Below, piece after piece: positions 18,079 to 33,096 of a stretch of 64,000 nucleotides of DNA. The stretch lies in the NCBI RefSeq assembly GCF_009914755.1, contig NC_060926.1; one strand, written 5' to 3'. The notes under the pieces are model-generated. The model made no database searches. It had not been told where the DNA came from and saw nothing but the letters and a program-made list of their open reading frames with translations. The position numbers and the translations under genes were made by a program. Numbering within the stretch: the stretch's first letter is position 1; each line of letters begins with the position of its first letter. This stretch comes from the human T2T-CHM13v2.0 reference genome, Homo sapiens.

Positions 18079-21000
18079 TGAGACACTCCAGGTATTGGCT
18101 TGTTCTCCTTTCCCCATCAGCTGAAGAAGGGAGAGGACTTGGAGGATGCAGGGAAGAGAGGGGCACAAGATGGAGGGAGCATGTCAGGACCAAGCCTGGA
18201 GCCCTGAGTGAGCTCGTGGAGCAGAATCTCCCGACACCCACACTGACACACAAACAAAATAAACAAAAACTGGCCAAAACAAAAACAATAGCCCACACTT
18301 CTAGGGTAAAGCATTTTAAATTTATTTTCTCAACAACCCAAGAGAATCAACAGGCAGGGATTTCGTATTCATTTAATACAGGCAAAACCTGAGATTCAGA
18401 GAGGTGAAATAAAATCCCGAACATACATTAATGCCAGGCCTCAAGCTTGAAGCCCAGTGTTCTCTGCAGGACCCCAGCCGTGGCCTCCAGAAAAGAGAGA
18501 AAAATGGGGCAGGGGCTGAAATGACTGCTCTGTCTTTGATGCTTGCTTGGGTCTTATTCGGCAGTAGCTAAATGTCACTGTTATTTGCATGCATTAACTC
18601 ATTTAATCCTCTCAGCAACCCTATGAGATAGATACTCCTATAAATGAGGCAACTAAAGCGCAGAGAGGTTAAGTCACTTGCCCAAGGTCACACAGCTGGC
18701 AAGTGGTGAAGCTGGGGTTCAGACTCAGCAGTTGAGTCTGGCTCCAAGGACTATATACTTAAGCATTATGCTATATGGGTCCCCTTTAATCCTCAATGAA
18801 TTGATTCCCCCAAATTTAGCAAATTACAGGATTTTTCTGCTTAAAGAAAGTCTCTTGATTCTTGAGAAAGGAAAAACTGATTTTTCCAATCTCTGGGATC
18901 CCTACTACCATCAAGAATAGATCATCGGTGTTTCCAGGAGTTACACAGGACAGGACACGTTATTTCCATGCAACAGCCCCTGTGTTTCATGCCATACCCT
19001 GGCCCTGAGCGACTGTGTGATGGAGCAGACCAGGCCCAGTGTGACTTGGCCAGGAAGAGGCCCAACCCTTCCTACTTGGATCTGGAGGCCACCGCCTTCT
19101 TTCTCAGTGTCTGACATGGAAGCTGGGCTCCCTCTCCACTCTGAGATCATCAGCTGGGTAAAGGTCAGTGGCCAGGACAGCCAGGGGTCCTGGTCACATC
19201 CTGGCTGCATCCCATGAAGGTCAAGTGCTCGTCCTTAGGCTGGGTGGGTACAAAGATGCTGGAGGCTCCTTAAAGACCCAATCTACGTTTTTGCCCTGAG
19301 CCTGCCTTATATTATTCTCACACTCAAAATAAAGAAGATTTCCATTTGAGGGAGGGAGAGGCACAAGAAAAGTCAAGGTTAAGGATGGCTGCAAGTGGTC
19401 AGGCCTGTGCAGAGGGGAGAGAATCACTGAGTGCCCTGGAGGGCAGTGAGGAGGGCCAGGGACCAGCGCCGGTTCTGCCACTCCTGGAAGCACAGCCACT
19501 TACAGACAATGCAACCTATAAGCACAGACTCTGGGCTTGGCACATTACCCACATTGTGTCTTTTGCACGTATTAGAATTGTCACCATTTGAGAGGTTTGG
19601 AAACTAAGCCGAACACTTCATTCAATCTGGTCAGGGTCTCACAACTAGTGAAGAGCCAGGATCCATCTCATGTGTGACTTCTCCATGCTGCCTTCCCCGC
19701 TCCAGGCCTCAGTCTCCACAGTTATAAAATGGCGCGGGAGGGAAGAAGACAGATTTAAGGGCATCTCCAGCTCCAGGATTCTCTTCTTTGAGCATTCAGG
19801 GAGTACTGAAGAAGAAAGGGGTTTGAGTTCTTTTACAGAGTGCATTAGTCAGCTGTGATAATGCTGTGTAACAAAACACCCCCTTCCTTGCTCACAGGTC
19901 TGCATGTAGCTGGGGCTCAGCTGATTTTGGCTGGGCTTGGCTAGACTTGCCTCCACACTTCAGGTTAGGTTCAAGTTTTTTGTGCATGTCTCTCATTCTC
20001 TTGGACTGAAAGCCTCCTGGGGCATGTTTTTCTCATGGCACATCACAAGGGTGCAAGGGCCCAACAGAACTGTGCAGGCACACTGATGGCTTCTGCATGC
20101 AGAACTGCTTTCTGTACTCTGCAATGACCTGTCATCACGCCAAATCCCTCACAACCAGCCCCACCCACCCTCTGCTCCTTGCCACATCTGCCTTCTTTTC
20201 AAGAAGACGCCTGCTTCTAACCTTCCCCATCTCACCCACTGGGAGCCCAGAAAACCAGGACAGAGGGGCATCTGCAGTGAAGTCCCAAGGCCAGCCTTTC
20301 AGCTCGTTTGGGCCAGAACAAGGGAGGGTGGATGGGCCAGGAGGTCATGAAGAAGTGGGCACCAAGCCTGCAGGGTCAGTGCCAGCAAAAGGAAATGGGG
20401 GCATTACCTATAAAGAGATGGGCACTTGGAGACCAAGGGCCAGGAGACAGCAGGGCTTCAGGAAAGGAAGAATCAAGACCTGAGAGCCATAGCAAGCCTG
20501 GAGGGATGCTTGCTTCACATTTTTTTTTTTTTTGAGATGGAGTTTCGCCAGCTTGTCGCCCAAGCTGGAGTGCAATGGTACGATCTCAGCTCACCACAAC
20601 CTCCGCCTACCAGGTTCAAGCGATTCTCCTGCCTCAGCCTCCTGAGTAGCTGGGATTACAAGCATGCACCACCACACCCGGCTAATTTTGCATTTTTAGT
20701 AGAGACATGGTTTCTCCATGTTGGTCAGGCTGTTCTCAAACTCCCGACCTCAGGTGATCCACCTGCCTCGGCCTCCCAAAGTGCTGGGATTACAGGCATG
20801 AGCCACTGCGCCCAGCCAACTTTCCACATGATAAAAAATGACTTCTATCCACGGAAAGTACAAGGCGAGCCTGGAGCAACTTCCTGTGCCAGAAACTAAG
20901 AAAAATTCAAAAAGTGATGAAAATATGGAAAAGGGATACAAGGACCAGCCTAAATTTGGGACAATATGAGCATCGAAATGAAGAACAGTAATAGGCCACC

Positions 21001-21117
21001 CTGACCACGCCCATGCCCACCCCCAGCCAGTGCCACAAGCCCCACCAAATAACATTAATAATAATAACAATAACAAATAATCCATGGGTTCATACCAATA
21101 ATTTTTTTAAATTTTAA

Positions 21118-21435
<318 letters not shown>

Positions 21436-22692
21436 TGAAAACTCTTTTCTATTGAAGAATGCAGAATAAATGATAACAGAAAAATCAGCATTTAATGACT
21501 CAGCAATAACTGACTTAGGCAAGAATCAATAAAAGACACTAAAACGACTGAGTGAAAGATTCTTAGAGAACGGTAAATGCTGAAATCTAGAAGATACTGC
21601 CTTAACCAAACTATTAAGCCAAACCTCACCAATAACAGGACAGCTGACACCGTGCTCCCCTGGTGTGGTTCACTGAGGACAACGCTACCTACTTACCTAG
21701 GAAGCACTCTTGCCAAAAAAAAAAAAAGTAACTAGAATATAATCAGGAAGAAACTCCTGGCAAACCCAAATTGAGAAATATTCTGCCAAAGAGTTGGCCT
21801 TGATTCTTCAAAAATGTCAATGTCTGCCAGGCGCTGTGACTCACGCCCATAATGCCGGCACTTTGGGAGGCCGAGGTAAAAGTATCGCTTGAGCTCAGGA
21901 GTTTGAGACCAGCCTGTACAACATGCTGAAACCGCATCTCTGCTAAAAATACAAAAAATTAGCCAGGTGTGGTGATGCAGGCCTATAGTCCCAGCTACTT
22001 GGGAGGCTGAGATGGGAGAATCACCTGAGCCCAGGAAGTCAAGGCTGCAGTGATTTATGATCTGATCACTGCCTTCCAGCCTGGGTGACAGAATGAGACC
22101 CTATCTCAAAAAAAATTAATTAATTAATTAAAATAAAATAAAAATAAAAAAAGTCAATGTCATAAAAGACAAAGAAAGGCTGAAGAAGTGATTCAGCCCG
22201 TGATCCTTGACTGGATCCTGGGTGAAAGCAAAAGCAGCTCTAAAGGACACTTTGCAGACTAAATGTTAGCTAACACCATTGTATCAGTGAGAAAGTGCAG
22301 AGTGTGGTGAGTCCATTGAGGCTCTGTAGAAGAAAGTCCTTGTTCTTTTTGTTTGTTTGTTTTTGAGACGGCGTCTCACCCCATTGCCCAGGTTGGAGTA
22401 CAATGGCACAATCTTGGCTCACTGCAAACCTCCACCTCCCGGGTTCAAGCGATTCTCCTGCCTCAGCCTCCCGAGTAGCTGGGATTACGGGTGCGTGCCA
22501 CCATGCCCAGCTAATTTTTTGTATCTTTAGTAGAGACGGGGTTTCACCATTCTGGCCGGGCTGGTCTCGAACCTCGTGATCCACTCGCCTCAACCTCCCA
22601 AAGTGCTGGGATTACAGGCGTGAGCCACTGTGCCCAGCCGAAAGCCCTTGTTCTTAGGAGGTGTTTGCTGAAAAGTCCCATGATGTATATAA

Positions 22693-23051
<359 letters not shown>

Positions 23052-23075
23052 TAATGAAGGTGGGGGAATGGCCAC

Positions 23076-23746
23076 TGTGAAAGAAAAATAAATCTCAACT
23101 CCAAAATCACTAAGCTAAGGGAAAAGTCAAGCTGGGAACCTGCCTCCCATTTTAATTCCTGAATAAGATGGCTATAAAGATAAAACAGCTACATGCCTCC
23201 CTCACAATTTGCCCACAAGGAAATTCCTTGTGGGCCTCAAGATCTTTACCCTACTCAGGATCATGCCAAGAATTAAAAAAAAAAACAAAAAACAAAACTT
23301 TACCCTGAAACATTTCTGTTGAATTCATCCTGGCAATGTAAACTGATAGCTGATCTTAACAGGTGCAGGACAGAAAATCATTCCTCTGCTCACCTGAGAG
23401 AAATGCTTATCTGATTGCTTCCTCAGACCTACTGTGTATGTAAAAATGAAGATTCACTGAGCCAGACTAGATTGTGAATTCACTGAAAGGCTGATCAAGG
23501 ACTCAAAAGAATGCAAGCTTTTGTCTCTTATCTACCTATGACCTGGAAGCCCCCCTCTTCGAGTTGTCCTGTGTTACTGGATGGAACCAAAGTATATCTT
23601 ACATATATTAATTGATGTCTCAGGTCTCCCTAAAATGCACAAAAGCAAGCTGTACCCCAGCCACCTTGGGGACGTGTCGTCAGGACCTGTTGGCAAAATA
23701 AACTTTTAAATTGCTTGAGACCTGTCTCAGATATTTTGGGTTTACT
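23076..23746 (+). mobile_element. ERV1 MER4-group solo LTR
   Basis: Starts TGTGAAAGAAAAATAAATCTC...AAGTCAAGCTGGGAAC. Flanked by GCCAC direct repeats at 23071 and 23747. Confidence 0.7.
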
Positions 23747-23859
23747 GCCACCACCAATGGCTCTCGAGTTCAGATCTCCTCTGTTGAAGAGAGTCAGGGG
23801 GTGAGGGTGGGGGAGGCATGGAATCAGTTTCTGCTCAATTCCATGTTCCCACGTGAAGG

Positions 23860-24911
<1,052 letters not shown>

Positions 24912-26128
24912 ATGAGACTCCTTGGCCAGCTTCAGTCAGGGAGCTGATTCACTCTGTGCAGCTGTGGCCCAGGAGTGGGGTTAGGGTCCTGTAACAGATT
25001 GTGACCAGGGTTGCCATGTAGCTGGGGAGGAGGCAGAGGTCTCTAACATGGGGGCACTATCTTGTCCTGCAGAGATATCCCAGTGAGTGTGCACTGTAGA
25101 GACCCCCGTCCAGACACTCCCCAACCTCCTGAAGGGACAGAGGAGCCTCGCAGATCAGCTGTTTTGAGGCCATCCTCCAAGCAGAAGAGCTGGCATGCTC
25201 TTGAGATGTCCCGCTGGGCATGGGGGCTGAGACCCAAACGCCTTCCTGCATGGCCCAAACCTGGCTCCAACCTAGGACCGCCCCCATCCCCACAGCTTCA
25301 GGAGCAAAGCCAGTGCCCACAAATCCCAAAAAGGTTTTGCTAGTTTGCACCTGGTGGGGAATGACCATATACGTTGAGCACCTATTCTGTGCCTCTCAAT
25401 AACCTTCTGAGCGGGATGGTTCTCCCCTTTTAAAAATGACGCTGAGGAACAGGGAAGTTAAGGTCTGTCCAAGATCATGCAGCCTGTAGGGGCCAATGCT
25501 AGGAGGACAGCTGAGGTCTGCCTAACCCCGAAGGGCCACACACCCACATCACTGCATCCTGGTCTTCACGCAAAGTAGCCAGGGAGGGGTCTAGGAGCCA
25601 GGAAGAAACCTCTTCCACAGCCCTGCCTCACCCAGCTGACCCCCAGAGCAGGCGGCTGCAGTGTCCTGGGCCAGGAGCAGCATTTGTTCCACAATGGAGG
25701 AGGCCACTCCCTGCGTGGTCCTGGGGGCACTCATACCTCTCAAAGGCCCCTCATGCTGCCTGCATCCCCAAGTGCTAGCGCAGGCTGACCCCAGGTGGGA
25801 GCAGTTCCCTCCTAAGGCTAGTCCTGGGGGCCCAGATCCTGGCCAACCCCTGGAATAAAGGCTGGGGCAGAAGGGGAAGAGGAGGGAGGGGGATTCCACT
25901 GCCATGTGGCAGGAACCAGGCACTTCCAACCAGGACCACCTCCTTGCATCAAGGGACCTATCACATGGCATGATGAAAGTAAAACACCTGGCACGCAGGA
26001 GGCACTCAACAGGTTCTAGATGTTCCTATAGTCATTGCTGCTGATGCTTGTTAAAAAGCTCTTTACGCTGGGCGCGGTGGCTCATGCCTGTAATCCCAGC
26101 ACTTTGGGAGGCCAAGGCAGGTGGATCA

Positions 26129-26323
<195 letters not shown>

Positions 26324-27329
26324 TCAAAAAAAAAAAAAAGCTCTTCTCTATTTTCTTCTTCAAAAAATTTATATACATATTATTTATTTATTTTTGAGAC
26401 AGGGTCTGGCTCTGTCTCCCAGGCTAGAGTGAAGTGGCGCGATCTCGACTCACTGCAACCTCCGCCTCCTGGGTTCAAGCCATCCTCCTGTCTCAGCCTC
26501 CCGAGTAGCTGGGACCACAGGCACGCGCCACCACGCTCGGCTAATTTTTGTATTTTTAGTAGAGGCGGGGGTTTCCCTATGTTGCTCAGGCTGGTCTTGA
26601 ACTCCTGGCCTCAAGCAATCTTCCCGCTTCGCGGGGTCAATAACGATCAGTATCGATCTAGCCAGGGCAGGTCCAAGCCGTTTCCTTTAAGGGTTCCCTT
26701 CTGAACATCCTTTTCTCATTTAGACTTGGGAGGCAGGACTCAGCACCTGTTTTTTTTTTTCCATAGGCGGAGGTGATGGGCCGGTGAGGCTGGAGAGAAA
26801 GAGCCTCGGCCAGAATTCCGAACTCCGAAGCTGACCCAGCTCCCGTCCCTCACACTTCCCGGCTGAGATTTATGGCACAAAACCAGGGATCGTGGATTCT
26901 GGCATTGCATTTTGGTGCTTTTTTGCCTGCTTCATAACCAGGCCCTAATACACAGGCGATTTTCAGAGGTTGGAAAATGCGTCCTTCCCTTTCCCTCAGT
27001 TTGTGGCTTAGACGGCCACGTCCAAGTTACTTTATCAGGAGAAATCCTTAAGAAACAGTTTCACTGTGAAGTGCTCAAGTTCAAGGCTTCCGGTGGCCCC
27101 TCAGGGCCCACGCCGCTAGGAGGGAAGCCTTCAGTCCCAGGCTGGAGACAGGCCGCGTGCTCTGAAAGGGCACAAATGAGGCGACCCTGGGGCTCTGGTC
27201 CCAGAAAGTCTCTCCAGCCTGGTTCCCCACCTGTAAGTCGGGAGGGTGCACTCAGCCCTTAAGCAGGAGGCTTTAACTCCTGAAATGCTTAGTGAGAGAA
27301 ACTAAAACACTTGCAGGGAGGGAAAAATC

Positions 27330-28330
27330 CCGGCAGAATGGCCCATCCCCCGGGGCCATTTGCCTCTCGGTCCACCCAACCCGTGGAAAAGCCGGACTTC
27401 CAGGGCGGCTCCCGGCGGCGGCTAAACTATCGGGTGGCAAGAACGCGGAAATGCGAAGCAGCTGCTGGTGGAGCCCGCAGGCCAGGGTGGGACTGTCGCC
27501 CGGGGGCGGGGCTAGGAGGGGAGGGGCGGGGCGAGGAGGGGCGGGGCGAGGCGAGGTTGGCCACGGGATTGGGCTAGGTGAGGCCGACCGGGAGGGGGCG
27601 AATCTGGGGGCGGGGCGAGATGAGGGTAGTCCGAGGACTGAGCGAGCCCGGGCGGGCCCGTAGGCGAGGCGAGATGAGGCTGGCCAGGGGGCGGGGCGGG
27701 CCCGGGCGGGAGGGGCGGGGCGGGGCGGGCCCGGGCGGGAGGGGCGGGGCGGGCCCGGGGGCGGGGTGCGTCCAGGGGAGGGGCGGAGCGAGGCGGGTCC
27801 GGGGCCTGGCGGCGCGCGGAGGGGCGGGCCCTGGCCGGGTGGTCCCGGGCGGATCCCGGGAAGGCGGAAGGCTTCGGCAGAGCTGCGCCGCCGAGGCTGA
27901 GCGGTCCCTTCTCGCTGCGGCCGCCCAGGTGCCCGCGCCCGTGGCGCTATGGAGGCGGCGCTGCTGGGGCTGTGTAACTGGAGCACGCTGGGCGTGTGCG
28001 CCGCGCTGAAGCTGCCGCAGATCTCCGCTGTGCTAGCGGCGCGCAGCGCGCGGGGCCTCAGCCTTCCGAGTTTACTTCTGGAGCTGGCAGGGTAAGGCCC
28101 GGGGCGGCCGGGGCTGCCTCCTGCCCCCTCGCAGCTGCTGCCGGCTGGGAGCCCAGGAGAGCCTCGGCTCGAAGTAGGGCGGGGATGATCCCCGCGCGCC
28201 GGCGTCGCAGCTGGGCGGCCGAGGGTGAACTAGGGAGCCTAGGGGCTCGGGGTGCTCTTCCCACGGCCACCCGCCACCCGCGTACATTGTTTCTCACCAA
28301 GCCCCGCGTGGCACGAATTGATTGCGCACG
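27330..28330. promoter_or_regulatory. CpG island and TATA-less SLC66A3 promoter with many GC boxes and ETS-like GGAA motifs
   Basis: Very high GC and CpG content spanning exon 1. Many GGGGCGGG copies at 27500-27830. Confidence 0.92.
27949..28091 (+). CDS. SLC66A3: SLC66A3/PQLC3 exon 1 (MEAALLGLCNW...KLPQI...LELA + GG)
   Basis: ATG lies in the CpG island. PQ-loop motif KLPQI. Donor GG|GTAAGG at 28092. Confidence 0.95.
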
Positions 28331-30876
28331 CCCATTTTACAGATGAGAAAACAGACCCAGCGGAGGCAGCCCTTGGTGCGCTAGTGACAAAACCTGCTGG
28401 CCCTGAGCAAGGCCATTTGCACCTCGAGGCTGTCATATTCATTGTCCCTAAACTCACCACGCACCGTCAACCTCGTTCTCGGGCCTCGGTTTCCTCACCT
28501 GTGAAATAAGGGGTTGAACTAAGAATGTATGAATCTCTTCTCTTCTCCCGGTGATTGGTGGGGAATCTTTCCTGGTTATTTAATGAGATTCCTTGGGAGA
28601 GGGTCTTAAGACAATTGCATTTCTTGTAGAAAGAAGTTTCCTTAGTCATCTGTAAGGAAGTTGGAGAGTCTCTGCAGTTGGGAAGGGGTGACGGAAAGGT
28701 CGTTAAATCCTTGATTCTGAGGCAGCTTCTAAGGCTTTCCTATTCAAAGTATTCATCATGCCAGAGCGCCAAACTTTTGGGGTATCATTTTTGAGCCCCA
28801 ACAATAGGAAAACACATACCTCAACCTAGTGGTCTCGCCCCTTCCCCCTGGCCAGGCCAGGCCTTCCCCTTTGCCCCCCGCCATCACCCAGTGGGGTCTG
28901 AAGCCTGGTCCTCCACACAAGCCTTCCTGGTGGGCGGGGTGGGGGGTGCGGCATACAGGATGGGAAGAAGCCAAGGGGTGCGGGGGAGAAAGAGGAGACC
29001 TCAGGTGTGGGAGGGTGAGGGGTCCCACTCAGGCTTTGGACCCCGCGCCGGCCCTATGGAGCCCGGCCCTGGGCACAGTCATCCAATAGGGGGCTTTGAG
29101 GGGAAATTTTTGGGAAAGGCTTGCAGTGGGAGGGACTGTGACCTCTTCCAGGCTTGTGAGTGACTCTACCCTGCGGGGTGGGGAGGGGGGGGTCCCAGGC
29201 TGGATGGCAGGGTTGAGAGGCACCCAGGGGAGGTGGGCAGCATGCGTTTCAGGTTGGTGCCACCACCAGGCTGGGAGCAGAGAGGCTGGAGCGATGAGGT
29301 TGTGGCAAAGGACACAGGCTGGAAGTGGCTGTGGTGACTGTTCAGGTGGGAGAGGGGACAAGGGCATGAAAGCCAGGAGTGGGATTTGGCCTCGGCCCCT
29401 TGCTAGGTCCCTGAGCTGGGGAAGCTGAAGCTGGACCCATGAAGGAAAAGAAGCCAGGCTGTCTGTAGAGTCTATAGATTCCCTCCTGCCGCCAGCCCCT
29501 AGGCCTGCATTTCCACCACTTTTGCAGCATTGCTTGAAAAATGCAAACCCTCAGAGATACGCAGGTGAGGGCTCCTATTAGATCTGCCAGCTGTCACCTC
29601 TCCCAGCTCACCTTAGTGAAAGCTAGACCTCTGGCAGTGGAAGGATCTTCCTGGGCATGGGAGCTCAAGGGTTGGGTGGGGCAGCAGCTTGCTGCCATCC
29701 CTGCTGGCCTGTCTAAGGGTCTTGCAGTTGATCACGTGCAGGTAAAGGGGGCTCTGTCGGGGCTGGTGCACCAGCTCTGCAGCCTCCAAGCCAGGGCCAG
29801 GGCCAGGCACACAGACTTCTGTAAAATGGGCTTGGCTGTGTCAGGACCCATCCTCCTGGCCCTCCTGTCTCCCTGCCTGCCTCCCTCATGCCCTTCCCAG
29901 CCTTGCCTGGGAGGCCCACCTGGGGCTGGCCATGCTTGCCAGCTGGGCCCCCGGGCCCCTGACCAGATCAGGCAGCAGCCGGAGTTAGAGCAGAAGGAAC
30001 CCCAGGGCTGTCGCAGTCAGCCACCTGGAGGGCACGGGCCCTCTTTGGGTCTCCATTTGAGCAAACTAAGAGCCTGGTTTTGAGAGCACTGAGTCAATTG
30101 GAGCATGAAGTGTGTCTTAATAATGCCAGAAAAGCCTTTTTAGTGTGGCTTGGTGTGAAGGGCAGGAGCCTCTGCCCAGGGACCTGCCTCTGCCACCCAG
30201 GGGCATTCCTTGTAGCTGGAGCCTTCCCCCTCGCAAGTTCCCAACCTTGCTGCTTCTCCTGCCTCCAGGGCTCTGCTGGGCTCTGCCTCCCTGCTCTCTG
30301 CAGCCAGGAGCCTCCTGGAGCACAAGATTCATCCAACCTGCCCTGCCTGCAGCCTTCCATGGACTGCGGCCCTCCCACGGTGGACCCTTAGGCTGTAGAG
30401 CCTTGGCCTCTGGGTAGGATGCCTTTGGAGCCCACCCCTTGCTCCAGGTCACTTGTCCCCCAGCCTGGGTGGGGGTACGTTTTGTTTAACCCTCTAGTAG
30501 GTGTTGAGGGAGAAAACTCCAATGGCTGCATGGAGCAGATGGGAATGGAAACAAATGGGGCTGTGTCAGATGCCCGGCTGGCATGATTTTATTATGATAA
30601 GCACTATAGCGATTACTTATTAAAAGAAACTTTAAAGGGACAGGCATGGTGGCTCATGCCTGTAATCCCAGCCCTTTGGGAGGCCGAGGCGGGCAGATAA
30701 CCTGAGGTCAGGAGTTCAAGACCAGCCTTGCCAACATGGTGAAACCCCATCTCTACTAAAAACACAAAAATTAACCAGTGTAGGCTGGGTGCAGTGGCTC
30801 ACACCTGTAATCCCAGCACTTTGGGAGGCCCAGGCCGGCGGATCACGAGGTCAGGAGATCAAGACCATCCTGGCTA

Positions 30877-31218
<342 letters not shown>

Positions 31219-32867
31219 TCAAAAAAAAAGAAACATTAAAAACTAAAGGAAAGACACTGTCCCCACCCCACCTCCCCAGGCTGCAGGGATGGGGGGAGTT
31301 TGAATCCCAGGGAAAGCAGGGAGTAGACGGCAAAACCTGCAGGGGCAGCAACGGCTGCATCCAGATCAGCCTCGGGAAATCCAGGCTCTTCATCTTGTAT
31401 GTTCTTGGTGTCTATGGGCCTCCATTTCCCCAAGTGGTCTGTAAGTTGTGGAGGCCAGCATGGATGACCCCTGAAGGTGAGAACGGGCTCTGACATCCCC
31501 AGGTTCTCAGGCCTGGCCTGTGGACTGTGGCTGCGTCCCAGGGGTCAGCACACACTTACTTCGATGGTGAAGACCCCCATAGCTTTTGTTCTTCAGCACT
31601 CAGTGGCTGGCTGTGGCCCCACAGAGGGGCTGGGGTGCAGCCTCCCCCTCTGCCAGCCCCCCTGGGCTCAATCTCCCAGGGGAACAGAGGGGGCTGCTCA
31701 GGAGGCTGGCAGGAGGAGAGTCCCTGCGGCAGGGCAGGGCAGAGGCACCGCTTGTCCCTGAAGCTGGGAGGTGGCTCAGCTGCACAGCACCCGGAGGGCC
31801 TGCAGGCAGCTGGGGGTGGGGACCCTGCTGGGCACGGTGGGGGCCCGCACTCGGGGACCAGGCCTGTGGGAGGCCCTCGTGCTCAGGGCAACACTGTGAC
31901 CTCCTCTGACTCCGCCCCCAGCTAAGTTGTGCACTGTCAGAAACAGGCCAGGGAGGCACAGCCTGTTTGTGAATCGGACTTTTCCAGGATTCCTTCCCAG
32001 CTTAGGAGATTGGAGACCCTGGGGGGCCCCTCCTGTGTGTTGAAGTCCCATGGTTCCGGCTCCCCTTTCTTCCTGACCTGAGTGGTCTGAACACACAGGT
32101 GAGAGGGAGGGAGCCAAAAAGCTGGGTGATGAGACAAACAGGTAGCCCCAGGAGACCACAGGGATTCCGGTCCTGAAGGGAGATGGCTGGGTGTGAGGGG
32201 GAGGCAGGAAGCTCTGCCTTTTCTTCTGAGAATGTGGGACCCTGTGGCCTTCGCAGCATCCTCACAGCCGGAGTCTTCTTAGCGAAATTGAGGGTGGTTC
32301 TTCACGCTTTCCCCCACTGCCCTCTCAACCGGGCAGCTCTTCTGGAAGGCAACTGGACCATCCAGGTGCTGTTCTAACTCTAAAAACACGGCCACAGACC
32401 CCCGCATCCAGGGATGGTTGCGGCTCCTCGGATCCTTGCGCCTCTGCAGCTTCTCAGAGTGGAGGGCAGATGTGTGCAGCAGCTGAGGGGCAGCTGCCGG
32501 GGTCAGTGGGAGCCCAACATGGCAGGCAGGCCAGAAGCGTGGGCCCAGAAGGCCCAGTCTCATATTCTTGCTCAGGGATTTGCCTTCTGTAAAAATCCTT
32601 TGTAAGCGACCATCTCAAGGCACTCTATAGAGATCGTGGGTATTGCACTGTGGCCCGGTGCCCAGTAAGTTCTGGATGCTCCAAAAATTGTACAGATGAT
32701 TCAACTGAATTCCATCTATTTTGTTCTAAACCTTCCTCTTTGACACTGGCGTGTCCACACCCCCACTGCAAGGATTCGGCAAACTGACCTCAGTGTTCTG
32801 GTGCCTGCCAGGCCCCGACAGCTGCGTTTTGGGGCAGCCGTGTGGACATGTGCCCTTCTCTCTCCAG

Positions 32868-32950
32868 ATTCCTGGTGTTTCTGCGGTACCAGTGTTACTA
32901 TGGGTATCCGCCGCTGACCTACCTGGAGTACCCCATCCTCATCGCGCAAG
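32868..32950 (+). CDS. SLC66A3: SLC66A3 exon 2 (G-FLVFLRYQCYYGYPPLTYLEYPILIAQ)
   Basis: Acceptor CTTCTCTCTCCAG|A, donor AAG|GTAACA, 83 nt, frame consistent. Confidence 0.95.
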
Positions 32951-33026
32951 GTAACAGCCCCTTCCCTGTCCAGCGGACTGCCACGGGTCTCCCCTTCCCC
33001 CCTCACTCGGAGCCTCTCTCTTTCAG

Positions 33027-33096
33027 ATGTCATCCTCCTGCTCTGTATCTTTCATTTTAACGGGAACGTGAAGCAGGCCACTCCTTACATCGCTGT
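33027..33096 (+). CDS. SLC66A3: SLC66A3 exon 3 (D-VILLLCIFHFNGNVKQATPYIA + GT)
   Basis: Acceptor CTCTCTCTTTCAG|A after a 76-nt intron. Donor GTATCCTTT at 33097 is the U12 consensus. Confidence 0.93.

Noticed and set aside
27273-27986. 237-aa Pro/Arg-rich minus-strand ORF
   Set aside because: By-product of the stop-poor, G-skewed CpG island.
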